Translations under genes and position numbers: made by a program
Source: Eledone cirrhosa
Taxonomy: Eukaryota
Length of the DNA stretch: 64,000 nucleotides
Assembly: GCA_964016885.1 (NCBI GenBank)
Contig: OZ024743.1
Span: forward strand, 340,752,001 to 340,816,000
Direction: 5' to 3'
Shown: in pieces, positions 14,229-28,645 of the stretch
Numbering within the stretch: the first letter of the stretch is position 1
How the letters are laid out: each line of letters opens with the position of its first letter
Notes under the pieces: model-generated
The model's input: only the letters and a program-made list of their open reading frames with translations
Told to the model about the DNA's origin: nothing
Database searches by the model: none

Positions 14229-14530
14229 TTATTAGTATTTTCCAAGCACTGGTGTATTTAAAAACTGTCTTTAAATATTTTTCTTAAATTTTAATATTTA
14301 GTTTTTACTTTTAACTTTAATATTTAATTATAGTCCATTTTAATTTTATTCATATGATTATATTTCAACTGTATCTTTATAATTTTTAAATAATCAATAG
14401 TGTTTGTCATATGACGTCATCAATATCGTCTTTTGTTTATATTTTTTATTAAGAATGAAGTCTACCAAAGGTACATCGTTTTTTAGTGGAGGATGCTACT
14501 TTCCAGGTCAATGTGAAAGCTATTATTTTG

Positions 14531-14718
14531 GGTGGTGAATTGGCAGTATCGGTAGAGGGTTGGACGCCATGCTTTCTAGCATAGATACGTCCCTTTACAG
14601 TCTGAGTTCAAATCCCGCCGAGGTTAACTTTGCCTTTCATCCTTACGGAGTCAATAAATTAAAGTACCAGTAATGTACTGTGTAATTGCTGGCCTTGTGC
14701 CTAAAGTAGAAACAATTA
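14531..14718 (+). mobile_element. SINE family A, full length
   Basis: Same head and tail as other family A copies. Confidence 0.88.
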
Positions 14719-15020
14719 TTTGTTCTTATGATAGAGCACACCAAATAATATTATGTTATCTTCTAATAAATTGAGCATAACATAAACAATTCAATATAAT
14801 CAATTGTATTGAAACATGTAAAAACCGTAAATGTTTTGAAAGAATGATTTTCTGTTTTCTTATAATGTTATACATGCTCACTGGTTTCATATATCCCTCC
14901 TCTTTTATTCTTTAAACAATCTAACCTCTGTATATTTCTCTTTCTATCTAAAATTACATTAACACATGAATCTTGAAAGTAGTTTTAACAGATTCACTCT
15001 ATGTAACTATATATATAGAA

Positions 15021-15210
15021 TAATTGTTTCTACTTTTGGCACAAGGCCAGCAATTATCCCGGTGTATTACTGGTACTTTATTTTATCGACCTCGTAGGGA
15101 TGAAAGGCAAAGTTAACCTCGGCGGGATTTGAACTCAGATCATAAAGGGCCGTAACTCTTTGCTGTAAAGCATGGCGTCTGACCCTCTACTGATACTGCC
15201 AATCCACCGC
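15021..15210 (-). mobile_element. SINE family A, full length
   Basis: Reverse complement of family A. Confidence 0.88.
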
Positions 15211-15212
15211 AA

Positions 15213-15595
15213 TATATAGAATAATGAAATACAAAGTAGTCCAGATGTTAAAATTCTTTTGTTGAGAGGCCGTTATATATATTTCGATGACATCAGGGGC
15301 CACGTAGTTCCGTATTAAATGCCATGATCTCACCAGACAGTTTCTTACATAATAAGGCTACTTTTATAGGCAATCAAAGTTCGAAGTGACAAGGGAACGG
15401 ACGAACATGATGATTTTGAAGCTATCGCCCGTTCCTCTATAAGCTTCAATCAGCCCCCAAGAAGCTTACTGATGATATCATGGCATTGGATTTAACACGG
15501 AATTATGTGGCCTCTGTTGTCATCCATATATATATAACAACCTTTCAATAGAGGAACGTTAACATCTGGACTACTTTGTATTTCATTATTCTATA
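15213..15595. mobile_element. Fold-back element with degenerate HHR in each arm (15270-15340 -, 15465-15540 +)
   Basis: Left arm CTGGTGA...GAAA tatata TA; right arm CTGATGA...CATA tatata TA; the consensus restores a full core. Confidence 0.75.
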
Positions 15596-15662
15596 AATAC
15601 TCCGTTATTCCTATGCGGAAACAGTACGTTGAGTTCTTGAATGGAATGCATCAGTATTTTAT

Positions 15663-15728
<66 letters not shown>

Positions 15729-15876
15729 AGTATATGCTGGTTGTTTACCGACACCTCAGTATGCAGATTGGACCACTCGACGAAGTACTCAGGTTGGTTT
15801 GTTTACTCCGGAGTAATGTAAAATAATTAAGTCAAACATGTAAAATTTGGCTTCGTTTATTCTAAATTATAGATAT

Positions 15877-15931
15877 ACTGCTATATATATTTCGGTGACA
15901 GCCATCATTGGTTGTGACCTCTTCAGGCAGT
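15877..15931 (-). ncRNA. Type I hammerhead ribozyme
   Basis: Reverse complement: actgc CTGAAGA ggtcacaacca-atga-tggctgtcacc GAAA tatata TA gcagt. Confidence 0.85.
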
Positions 15932-16505
15932 CCGATTTTGTGTGGGAAAGACAGGTACACATGTTGTTGAAGTGTGTTTTACTCCGTCAATATATCGATA
16001 CGTCCAGCTCCTGGTTGTGTTCTTATTCCTCTGAGGAACTGGAATAATATGGATTAGAACAAACGAATTTCGGCGTCATAGGACACGCTCGCATCCCATT
16101 GGTCAGTCAAAAGTCTATAGAAATTTTTCTGAGCCAAGACAATCTGTTGTAGGTGTTTTTGTCCGGATGTTGAAGTACAGCTGGCCTCCTTCATTGTGTT
16201 GGTAGTGGTTGTGGTGTTAAGGGGTCAGCTGGCAGGTCATCTTTAGTGTGCTCCTGCTATGTTCTGAAGAATTTGTGTATGTATGTTGGCATCTATCCTG
16301 ATACCATTTCACGTGGTGGGGGGTGCCAAACAAATAAAAAATGCGTGTGTGTTACAACCAATATAACAATTTGAAAGATTTGAAAAATATTAACTGAAGT
16401 AGAAAACCTGTGTAACAACACAACCAGGAACTGGACATATCGATGTATTGGCAGAGTAAAACACACTTCAACAACATGTGTACCTGTCTTTCCCACACCA
16501 ATTCG

Positions 16506-16562
16506 TACTGCCTGAAGAGGTCACAGCCAATGATGGCAGTCACCGAAATACATATAGCAGTA
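16506..16562 (+). ncRNA. Type I hammerhead ribozyme
   Basis: tactgc CTGAAGA ggtcacagcca-atga-tggcagtcacc GAAA tacata TA gcagta. Confidence 0.85.
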
Positions 16563-16612
16563 TATCTATAATTTATAATAAACGAAGCCAAATTTTACAT
16601 ATTTGACTTAAT

Positions 16613-16679
<67 letters not shown>

Positions 16680-16824
16680 TATATAAATATATATATACGA
16701 TTTGAACACATATATGTATATATCTGTGTTTATCGTTCTCTATTATAGTATACAGCTCGGAAACATCTCTTTCCTTGAGGTATTTAATTGTAAGAGACTA
16801 TTTTGAGTTTCTAACTCAATATAT

Positions 16825-16910
<86 letters not shown>

Positions 16911-16939
16911 CATATATATTATATACATATATATATATA

Positions 16940-17550
16940 TAAAGAATGATGTGCTCATGCGCAGAGTTGCTATAATGTAGCCTAAAATTAGGGTGAAGAC
17001 TTAAAAGACGGAAAAAGAAGTTGTCATCAGCTGCTATGAGGAATTAAACCCAATATCTCCCAGATGCCGGCTAGGTGCTTGAACTCATTTAGCTAAGGGA
17101 CTGTGACAACTCTTTACCGCCTTTTTAAATAGATAGCTGCATAACAGCTTTTAGATGTCAACAGACAGGCTGATAGACTGACAGAGAGACAGACTGGCAT
17201 AGACACACACAGACAGACAAACATCGTTATGTAAACAAAGAATGTACGTAGCCGGTCTCTCGGACTTTTAAGTGCTGAGAATATAGAGTTAATATAAAAG
17301 ACAGTAAGGCGTTGTCACGGTCGCTTAGATTATATGTTTAAAGCAACGAACTTGTATTTCGGGGATATGGTGTTCCAATCCCCACAACGGAAGGATGGCA
17401 ACTTCTTTTTTTTTGTCCTTTTTAGAGTCTTGACTCTATTTCATAAGCTAATGTTTAGCATCTCTGCGTATTAGCATATCATCCTTTATATTAACGCTAT
17501 ATTCTCAGCGCTTCAAATTCCGAGAGATCGGCTACGTATATTGTTTGTAC
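16940..17550. mobile_element. Two diverged inverted copies of a tRNA-headed element, plus a second inverted pair (~17227-17300 / 17485-17550)
   Basis: 16940-17130 approximates the reverse complement of 17295-17490; head resembles tRNA (tagctaaatg..ttcaagca...gggtttaattcc). Confidence 0.55.
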
Positions 17551-17859
17551 ATGTCACACTTCCAGCAACTCTCAGACACACACAAACAGAAGAAACATTC
17601 TTGAGAATATAACATTTTGTTTTTCGGCAATCATCGCACATCATTTGAAAAAGAAATTTTTATTTTGAAATATCATAATGTAAAACATTATTTGTTTTTA
17701 TTTTGGCATCCTTGTACTCCAGGCTGACATTTATATTTCTATGCGCATTGTACTCGCCTTCCCAACACTTTCTTTGTTATATCAATATATATATAATGGC
17801 TCTATGAATACAGCCGTGATTTTCTCGAAAGATATTTTTTCCGTTATTCCCAATTCTCA

Positions 17860-18000
17860 CTCTTTATCTTTCTGCTTTATCTTCTATTTCTAATTTTGCC
17901 TTCTGTTGAAGGACTATTGCCCGAAACGTTGAGACTATTTTCCTGTTATTTCAAGCGTCAAACCAATATATTTCTTCAATGTACTACGTCGCTTGTTTGT
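17860..18000 (+). mobile_element. Degenerate Neptune-type pLTR with HHR remnant; related minus copy at ~19000-19140
   Basis: CTGTTGA aggac-tatt-gccc GAAA cg TT; the 19082-19117 copy reads tctt CTGAATGA aggac-tagc-gtcc GAAA cg TT aaga. Confidence 0.6.
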
Positions 18001-19304
18001 TATTTCCGTTTACCCTTTACATACACACACTCATACACACATATATATATATATATATATACACACACATATACGCACCCACACACACAGACACACACAG
18101 ACACCTATAATTATATATATATATATATCCACTGAAACTATCTCTTGCTTAACGTGATTAATTGTGAATAAAATATAAGAGCAATTTTTTATTTGTGATT
18201 CTATGATATAGATGGTGTATGTACCATATTTCGGTGCCGTGTCTAATGAATGTATTGCTTTGTATTTCTACTTGTACTGTATTTTCTCCTTTATTAGTGC
18301 ACTTCACTCTAAATATAAGTTATTTACTTCTATATTAAAGTCTATGTCTAGAAATGGAGTTATCGTGTCAATGCTTTCATTTAGAATGTTCCGGATATTG
18401 AACTTCACGGCAGATTTGTTTTATAGATTACCATTTTGTATCCACAAATTACTTCGCAAAAGAAAAAATTTACAGAATAAACAAACTCTAATTTAGGTAA
18501 TGCAAAGTCTGTAATGGATTCCTTCGATCAGCTGTATATATATCAAGCTATCTGATTATCTGTCTATATCGCTGTCTGCCAGTTTGTTCAAACAATCTTT
18601 AATACGAACGATGTCAAATATTTCACAGAGGGAAAACATTCTAATTATAATAAGATTATTGAATAATAAAATACGCCTTAATAGTTAAATATTGCTACAA
18701 GTAACGTTTGAACTAAGATCTTTTATCCTAATACTAGTTTCGGTTGCCGGAGTGTAGCCATGTCAGATCACCATCCTGAAGGATTTAGGCAATTTCCTTG
18801 ACTTTATTGTTTGGTTTGATAATACTATTATTGATCTGGTAGGAAACGCAATGGGGAGTAATTCGGTCGTAACTGAAGACTGCAAGGTATTTTTATTTTG
18901 CTAACCATCCACTCCTACAAACACATATAAACACACACACATGCACCCCCCCACACACCCACACACATATATATATATATATTAAATATATATGTAAAAG
19001 GTTAACAGAAATAACAACACAATCAGTACAGTATATGGAAGGAATATATTAGGTTAACGCTTGAAATAGCAGGAAGAGGGTCTTAACGTTTCGGACGCTA
19101 GTCCTTCATTCAGAAGAAAGAATGAGAAATAAGATAGATTGAAGGGACGGTCGAGGTGGAGTAGGAAAAATGTCTTTAGACAAAAATAACAGGTCAATTC
19201 ATGTTGACATCTGTTGGAAAAAAAATGTAGGTATATATATATGTGTATACTTCGTTTTTGAATTTGTTTTGTAAGATTTATTTTCTGAAAACGTGTGTTA
19301 AAAC

Positions 19305-19629
19305 ATATTGTTATACTTTGGGAGGGTCATGCTGTCAATAAAAACAAACACAGCTGTTGGCTTTTACTTCAATTTCTTCTAAATTTCCTGTTGGTTGGTT
19401 CGATAACCGGATGGTTCTTTATATATTCTCAAAGCTCTTTCGTCACACATCCTGTGACCTCCTATGTGACTGGGTTTTATCTTGTGTCTCTCCTTTTTTC
19501 TTTGACAATATATAAACAACCATCCGGTTATCGAACCAACCAACCAAACAACCGGAAAATTATAATAAATTAAAGCCAAATCCAACAGGTGCCCGTGTTT
19601 TTATTGGCAGCATGACCCTCTCAAATTAT

Positions 19630-19635
<6 letters not shown>
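19305..19635. repeat. Fold-back element; spacer holds an HHR remnant on the minus strand
   Basis: 19305-19435 is an inverted copy of 19500-19635; reverse complement gtcaca-ggatg-tgtgac GAAA. Confidence 0.8.
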
Positions 19636-19667
<32 letters not shown>

Positions 19668-20052
19668 GGAAAAAATGAAACGAAATTTCATTTCTCACTC
19701 TTAGTACGGCTGTTACTTAAATATAAGTATGTATACGTACATACATATATGTGTACAGACGTACAGTAGTATGTATATATATACATACATGCACACATAT
19801 ATATATTCACCAGGCTAAAAATTCTAATTAGTCCAGAAATAGCCGTCGAAATGGCTTGAGCTCTGCCGTCGGGGTCATACCTTTTCCTATATATATATAT
19901 ATATAGTGGTAGAACAATGGCAGGTAATATCCGTAGTGGTAGAGCACTCAGTCCATGGGACGAGTTAGGTAGAAGTGGTTACATAACTGTTAGTTCACCA
20001 TACCGAGAACAACTGTTTCACCTTAGCGGATCCAACTAACTGTTGCGTAACC

Positions 20053-20117
<65 letters not shown>

Positions 20118-20989
20118 AATATAAAAAGGGGGGGGGGGTACAGTCCTATACAAAACAAAGCTTATAGTTAAAAAAGTGAAGGTGAATATGCACAGAAGTA
20201 TATTTACATAGTCCGTGAGAATGAACACGTTTATAATTGTTACATTATATATAACTGGTCTACATTGGTATAACAATTTTATCAAATATTATATGTTAAA
20301 TATTGACTATTTCACATTGAATATTTAGAAAAAATGTTTTTCCATGTGTTCTGTGAGCAGTTCTAATATATTCAATATTTAACATTGGAAGTAGTGTCAA
20401 GACTGGCAGGTGAATGTGAAGACGACATGGTATTATTTAATTCCTAAGTTGATCTCCGTCATGCACTTGATAGGTTCGATGCCAAGTACTGCAGAGTTGG
20501 ACTGAAAATAAGTTCTGCGAAAATTGAGACATCGTCCTCCCAAGGAAGCCTGCGCAGTGCACTACACACAGTCACAGACACACCTGCGCGCGCCTACAGT
20601 GGCATCATTCAAATTTGAAAATTTATTATGTCTACATATGATTCTTTAAGTCGGTGGATTCCATTTAATTTTATTGAAATAGTGAAATATTAGCGATGAA
20701 ACACGTGTCAGTGTTATGCAATAAACACCTCTGGAATGTTATGTTTTTAAATAATGATTTAAAAAAATTTATATGTATACTTCACAAATTGTTACACTTG
20801 GATCATTTAGTGGATCTACCACAGGTTTTACCAAATGAAATTATTCACCCGTTGAGTAAAACACTACTGTAAGTGGCTTCTGATTCTTGTTATATAATCA
20901 AATTAATTGATTACACTAACGGAAACTGAATAATGCTATGATTCTCTCTGTCTGTCTATATATACTTATATATCGAAAAAACCCCTTCG

Positions 20990-21465
<476 letters not shown>

Positions 21466-21469
21466 TATG

Positions 21470-21900
21470 CATGTGTATATGTGTGTGTGTGTGTACGCGA
21501 GCCTATATGTATACATACAAATATATATAAGTATATATAATCAATACAAAAAAAAACTAATCTTGTTATTCAAATTCTATCTTTAGTGCCTACAATCGTT
21601 TCTATGAGAATAAATGTACCATCATTACAAAGAATTAACTAATCGGTCAATCAAATATTAGTGGATTCTTCCACTTTAACTAACTGTATATATATACAAT
21701 TCTTTGTAATGATGGTACATTTATTCTCATAGAAACGATTGTAGAAATTAAAGATAGAATTTGAATAACAAGATTAGTTTTCTTTTTGTATTGATTATAT
21801 ATACTTATATATATTTGTATGTATACATATAGGCTCGCGTACACACATAGACACACGCACATACACACACACACATACATGCATACATACATATATATAC
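21470..21900. repeat. Fold-back element with 3' half of an HHR (GAAA cgattg TA) in both arms
   Basis: 21470-21635 is an inverted copy of 21698-21890. Confidence 0.85.
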
Positions 21901-22674
21901 ATATACATATATATATACATATTCATGGATTCAGTAGAGTATGCCATTTTGTATAAGCGATTATAAAATATAAGAAAAATCGATACACATTCGTCCAAGC
22001 AATGGAAATCGAATGTTCAAATTAAAAATATAACACTGTAGTTATAAAGCGTTAAAAGAAAATATGGTTACTTTTTATCAGTTGTAGCAGTTGTAGCAGC
22101 AGTTACATGTTATATCAAAACTGCAGGCAACATGTAGGTCTTCCGTTCTCTTTTGTCCGGTATTGTACTATTGTCATCTTCATTGTGCATAGCATTTTTA
22201 GATATAATGATACTGCCGACGTTTCTGTTGTTGAACAAGGTACGTGTTAATGAAATGCTAATGGCAATGCTGGCGTTGACGTGGAAGTAAAAATGCTCAA
22301 GTGGAAGTATTAAAAATTATAGAAAAATAACTTGAAAAGGTCGAAATATTGCGTGAAGATTTAACATCTAGAAGACGAAATACAAAATACGTTATTACAA
22401 ATTGTTTTATTCTATAATAAATACAAAATGGGAATATATACTTTCTACTAGCCTATGGCAAGTTAGTTTGAATGGGACAAGTACGCGTGTTAAAATAATC
22501 TTTTAGACTGTAAAAGTGCTTGAATTAAAGCATAAGAAAGTCCGCCCCCCCCCCCCCCCCCCCCAAAAAAAAAAAGAAATTTACCGTCAAGAAAAAAAAT
22601 GTAGTGAAATTATATTTGACAGATGAATGGTCGGACTTTCACTACAAGAAGCGAGTTTTTATTCTTATCTTATA

Positions 22675-23468
22675 CTAGCAGAATGGCCCGGCGTTGCTCG
22701 GGATTTGCTATAGGGTTCTTATATATTTGATATATATATTTATCCTTATCGAACCTCGTGAAATAAATACGTTTGTTTATATTTTGTTATTGTGTATGCA
22801 AAAATATCTGTCCATAAATATATAATTATATATATATATATATATTAAAATAACAGACTAAAGTTTAAGCAAAGAATCACTGCTTTCACCCTTAACGGGA
22901 TATTCTACCTAAAAGCAGTATGAAGTACATACACTAAGACTAATTGATGTAATCTTTGGCCTTGTTTGTTTATATTTTGTTTTTGTGTATGCAAAAATAT
23001 CTGTACACGAATATCTATATTAAAATAACATATTAATGTTTAAGCAAAGAATCGCTGCTTTCAAACTTAACGGGATCTTCTTAAACTAAAAAAATCAATC
23101 TGGAAAACAGGAAGACGATACTTTGGTTCGTGAAGACGTTCCCTGGCATAAGAATATATATACACACACACACTGATCGCGTCATAATGACGTAATGCAG
23201 ACATCAGGCATACAGACAGATATTATGAAGGCGCGACGTCATATCTATGTATCTATCTAAAAAGAGAAAGACTAAGAGAAAGAGAAAGAGATCGCTAAAT
23301 CGCCTAATGCGGTCCCTAGGGCATTGAAAATTTGAAATTTTTTTGCTCATGCTCAAAATACTTCCGGGGTCATAGGAGTTACATGTATAAAGTTTGAAAA
23401 AAACCGGTTGGGTACTTCTCGAGTTTTAGGGAAACACACACAGACATCCTCTGTTTTATATATATAGA
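22675..23468 (-). mobile_element. Non-autonomous Helitron containing fragments of the CAGAAGA-HHR family
   Basis: Minus strand begins TCTATATATATAAAA (23468), ends with GC hairpin cccgagcaacgccggg and CTAG (22675), inserted between A and T. Confidence 0.75.
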
Positions 23469-23498
23469 TGAATATCTATATGTATTCTTATATTATGT

Positions 23499-23572
<74 letters not shown>

Positions 23573-23702
23573 GTGAGGTTTTTTTTACAAAATGAAAAAT
23601 AACCGAGGTGTCCTACACGAGTGGAAGTATAAAGAAAAAGGGATGAAATCGAAAATGCAACTGAAGTCTTATTTTTTTAAAAATATATATATTTATTTGG
23701 TT

Positions 23703-23740
23703 CCTTTACCGGTTTCGCAGTTCTTCTGCTTTTCAAAAGG
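23703..23740 (-). ncRNA. Hammerhead with U3-A8 covariant core
   Basis: Reverse complement: cctt TTGAAAA gcag-aagaa-ctgc GAAA ccgg TA aagg. Confidence 0.8.
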
Positions 23741-24452
23741 TGAGTTGAGATGGAGGGTCTGTGGTTTTTCTCACATCTGGTTGGTCTCTAAATGTTACTT
23801 GTTTTATATGGAAAAACTGGCTCGAAAACCAGGTTTTTCGAGAAGTAATTTGATTGGTTTGTCAATAATTATAATAAATTTCGCGCCAGTTCGCGTTACA
23901 ATAGTTCTTCAAATAAGAGAGGGGGGGGTTTGTCACAGGTTGTTTTTTCATATATGAGTGTTTGAATTTCTTTTTACTTGAAAAAAATGAGGCTCACGAA
24001 GGCTTTTTTTTGGTTGGTTATAAATGAAATTTGGCTGTCACGTGAACAAGTTTTCATTACATTTTCGCGCCCTTATTTGGAGTGTGTAGGAAAGTGGTTC
24101 TATTAGTAGAAATGGGGAGGGTGTTGTAGGTGTGGGGGTTTTTATGTGTGTGTATGGGTGTTATGTGTGTGGGAGTATGGTTAGCATGTTAAGATGAAGA
24201 GAATATATATATATATATATATATATTGTGTGTGTGTATGTGTGTGTGTAGGAAAATGATTCCTTTAGTAGGAATATTTTTGAATGAACATATTTTCCTG
24301 ACTTTTTCGTGTTTGCTGTTGTATTGCCAGTGCAAACGTATGTTTAAGGTTTATTTAGTTCTGGTTTTCGAGCCAGTTTTTCCATATAAAACAAGTAACA
24401 TTTAGAGACCAACCAGATGTGAGAAAAACCACAGACCCTCCATCTCAACTCA

Positions 24453-24490
24453 CCTTTTGAAAAGCAGAAGAACTGCGAAACCGGTAAAGG
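24453..24490 (+). ncRNA. Hammerhead with U3-A8 covariant core
   Basis: cctt TTGAAAA gcag-aagaa-ctgc GAAA ccgg TA aagg. Confidence 0.8.
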
Positions 24491-24557
24491 AACCAAATAA
24501 ATATATATATTTTAAAAAAATAAGACTTCAGTTGCATTTTCGATTTCATCCCTTTTT

Positions 24558-24837
<280 letters not shown>

Positions 24838-24855
24838 TTCTTATATAGTCTTATG

Positions 24856-25145
24856 TGAAGGCGCATGGTTTAGTAGTTAGAGCGTTGGACTTGCAATTGA
24901 GAGGTTGTGAGTTCGATTCTCGGACCGGGTGATACGTTGTGTCTTTGAGCAAGACACTTTATTTCACGCTGCTGCAGTTTACTCAGCTGTAGAAATGAGT
25001 TGCGACGTGACTGGTGCCCAGCTGCATCGGTTATTGCCTTTCCCTTGGACAATATCGGTGGTGGGGAGAGGGTAGACTGGTACGCCCAGTCTTGAGGCTC
25101 GGAGGAAAAGTTTCTAGGTGCAAAACCATGGTCATTCGTTACCGA
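24856..25145 (+). mobile_element. SINE family B
   Basis: tggtttagtagttagagcg A-box, gagttcgattctc B-box, CORE-like segment. Confidence 0.85.
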
Positions 25146-25699
25146 GTGGGGCCTTCAATGTTACATAGTTTGACCTGTATACTTACATTTGAGATTGCAA
25201 GTGTATACTTGACTGTGTATACACAACTGACTGCAATTCAAGAGAATCTGCAACGACAGTATATGTATAGAGTACTTATGTATTGTATGATGTGACGATT
25301 TTTGTAAATAATTGTTTTTAGTGAATTTAAGCTGGACAGTGTAGAATAGTTAGTTTTCGCCTATTGATACACGTGCGTGTATAATACTTTGTTCTGTGGA
25401 CGACATTGTGAATAGATAAAAACATGTACTGTCTCCAGTAATGTGAGGTTGCAGGATGAAATTTTTATTGTTCTCATTGATGATGTTATTTATCTCCAAG
25501 TCAAGCATCCATATGATCAAAGGCAATATAACTGTGACCATTCGATTTTCTGAGACGGTGAGACGGATGACTTGAAGGAAACTGAGTTGCTGTTTATAGA
25601 ACACACATGCACACACACACGCGCGCACACGCGCACACACACGCACAAACACACACACACACACACACACACACGCGCGCACACGCGCACACACACGCA

Positions 25700-25840
<141 letters not shown>

Positions 25841-25999
25841 GAATATGTATATATATATATATATATATATCCAAAATAGTGATCAGTCATTAAAATGACT
25901 ATTCAAATTCATTCTGAAAATTTGGAAAATCCAAATTGTACCTGCAAATATTAAGAACACCGTGTTCGCTAAAGTTTTTAAGAAGGGAGATTGCAACAT

Positions 26000-26995
26000 T
26001 TGCGAAAGCTAACGCGGCATATCCCTTCTTTTCATCTTAAGGAATATCTTAGCTAGAATATTGCTGAACATAAAAGTGTTGCGCAATCTCAGTATGGGTT
26101 TCGAACCTACATAAGAAAAATTGACATGATTTTCTGTGTCAGCTGCAGGGAAAATGCGGAGTACAACAGAAACCACCCTTGCTTGTTTTCTCGAAAAGGC
26201 TTGTGACACTGTACCACACACAGTTATGTAGATGGCACTGAAAAGATTCAGTTGTCATGATCGTTTTGTGGCTCTCATCCGGGCATTCCACGAAGCCACG
26301 GTAGGACAGGTGACATCAGAAGATTTCCCGATCATAGATGGCTTCAAACAAGTATGTGTACTTGCTCATAGCTTGTTTTCCATCTATCTGGCAGCCATGC
26401 GTCACGAAATGCTACCTACTAATTTTAGTGTAGGGATCAAGTACTGCTTCAATGGTGGACGCTACAAGCTATCCAGACGCCGATCACAAAGACTGAACAA
26501 CATGGCTGATATCTCTGAACTGCAAAACGCCGACAACGATGCCTCACCAGCTCATTCACTCGAAGAAATGCAAGAATCAGTTATCAACTTTAAAAATGCG
26601 CCTGATCGCTTCGGTCTGACAATCAACATCACAACGAACAAAATATTTGCATAACCTGATCCAGACACACCTCTTCCAGATTTTAGCATCGCCATCTCCA
26701 ATACACCGCTAGAACAACCAGATCAGTTCCAATACATCGGAAACACCCTCTCCACACAATGTAACTCTGAGATAAACATCGAGAATAGAATCCGAGCTCT
26801 CTTCGGAAACAAAAGTCTGTAACTACAAGCCAAGCTCATGGTGTATCAAGTATTGATTGTTTCCAACTTACTCTATGTCGGGATATCCGAAAACTAGAAC
26901 TATTTCATCAACAGAAACGTCGAACAGTTATAAGCTTAAAATAAGTGGACTATGTCAACAGGCTTGCATTGTTTGAACGGACCAATACCAACAGC
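26000..26995 (+). pseudogene. Decayed RTE-clade LINE reverse transcriptase
   Basis: GFKQVCVLAHSLFSIYL, ISELQNADNDA (YADD-like), FGLTINITTNK, FQYIG; stops and frameshifts. Confidence 0.85.
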
Positions 26996-27057
26996 ATTGA
27001 ATCCATCTATCGATCTATCTACCTACCTACGTACCTATCTATCTATTTATTGGCATC

Positions 27058-28100
27058 TCGAGTGCCTACAGGCGCTCCCAGCCCTCTACCAAGCGGAAAC
27101 GGCAATCAACGGAGACTCCACTTCGACATTCTATACGGGATTAGTTGAGGATAAGTGCGACGACGTTCTCGGGGAAACTATAGGCATAAAGGAGGACGAA
27201 CTGACCAGCCTGTTCTGGACAAATTTCCGTCCAGGACCTATGGATAACTTCCAGAGGTCTCTGGCCTGGCAGTGCTACCGAGGAGCTCTACCAGTTCAAG
27301 ACAAAATCTACAGGCACGGACGCCCTGGCAGAGATCCTGCCAAAGGACCTGTCCAAGATGCGAGCAGGACATCGAAACCGTTCTGCACGCAATTGTTCAG
27401 TGCCCAGGGGTGACCGACCTGTGGAATTATGTCGAACAGCTGCTGTCACATGTGAGACGCATCCTGTTGTCAGCCGAGTCCATCGTGAGGATCACCCCGC
27501 CGCCTTCATTTAAGAATGAAGGAAAAGCGGTTTTCCTCTGTCTGGTGGCTATGGCGAAAGAGGTAATATGGTGGACGAGGTTAAAAGGACTGAGGGCAAA
27601 CACCTTTCTCTCCGGACAACAACTTATCCCATTCTTTAAGTATCACTTCAGAAGGAAGGTGAGAGTGGAGCGAGAGGTGCTACACCCCAGTAAATTCGCT
27701 GAAAGGTGCGTGAATGTTCCTGGTGTTGAGGGTGTAAAACAACCCTGCAAAAATCCCCTATTGGGGATTTCAATTGTTATTTTATTACATATAGTTTATT
27801 GTTATTTATTAATGTTCATGGCGGTGGATTGGCAGTATCGGTAGAGGGTCGGACGCCATGCTTTCCAGCATAGTTCAAATCCCGCTGAGTTCAAATCCCG
27901 CTGAGGTTGACTTTGCCTTTCATCCTTACGGGGTTGATAAAATAAAGTACCAGTAATGCACTGGGTAATTGCTGGCCTTGTGCCTAAAGTAGAAACAGTT
28001 ATTTATTAATGTTAAAGTTATTTTTATGTAAAACCCCCGCCGTCACGTCTTGTAATATCCCATTTTTGTACGCCCCTGTGGCAAATAAAGAAAGATACCT
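27058..28100 (+). mobile_element. L1/Tx1-type LINE 3' end (zinc-knuckle region), interrupted by SINE A at 27820-28000
   Basis: SLAWQCYRGALPV, CPRCEQDIETVLHAIVQC...LW; tail ...cctgtggcaaataaagaaa also at ~49170-49232. Confidence 0.8.
27820..28000 (+). mobile_element. SINE family A with internal B-box duplication
   Basis: agttcaaatcccgctg duplicated in tandem. Confidence 0.88.
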
Positions 28101-28156
28101 ATCTATCTATCTGTCCGTATGTCTGCCAGCCCATCTGTCTGTCTGTCTGTCTCTCT

Positions 28157-28235
<79 letters not shown>

Positions 28236-28393
28236 CAATATCGGAGAAAGCTTTTTAGCGATACTCCGGCCAAATTCCGACTCACTCAACAAACATTAGG
28301 AAATAAGTGATTATATTCTCAATTATGCGTTCGCGGTGCTAGCTAAAAGTATTGCGTGGAAAATTGGCTGTATTATTTCATATAAGACATATC

Positions 28394-28433
<40 letters not shown>

Positions 28434-28534
28434 GCCTATCTACATATGTTTCATATGAGACATATCGAATATATATATATATATATGCCTCTGTCTGTCT
28501 CTGTCTGTCTCTCGCTCTGCATCTTTCTCTCTGC

Positions 28535-28645
<111 letters not shown>

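Larger units (their letters stand above)
15821..16617. mobile_element. Fold-back PLE-type insertion with ~200-bp inverted arms
   Basis: 15821-16020 is an inverted copy of ~16417-16617; right end at (TA)n. Confidence 0.88.

Noticed and set aside
18720-18780. GAAA-ctag-TA motif on the minus strand as a hammerhead
   Set aside because: No CTGANGA or stem I; looks like a decayed SINE end
20690-20715. GAAAcacgtgTC half-motif (also ~28685-28700 minus)
   Set aside because: No upstream core or stem I found; at most a remnant
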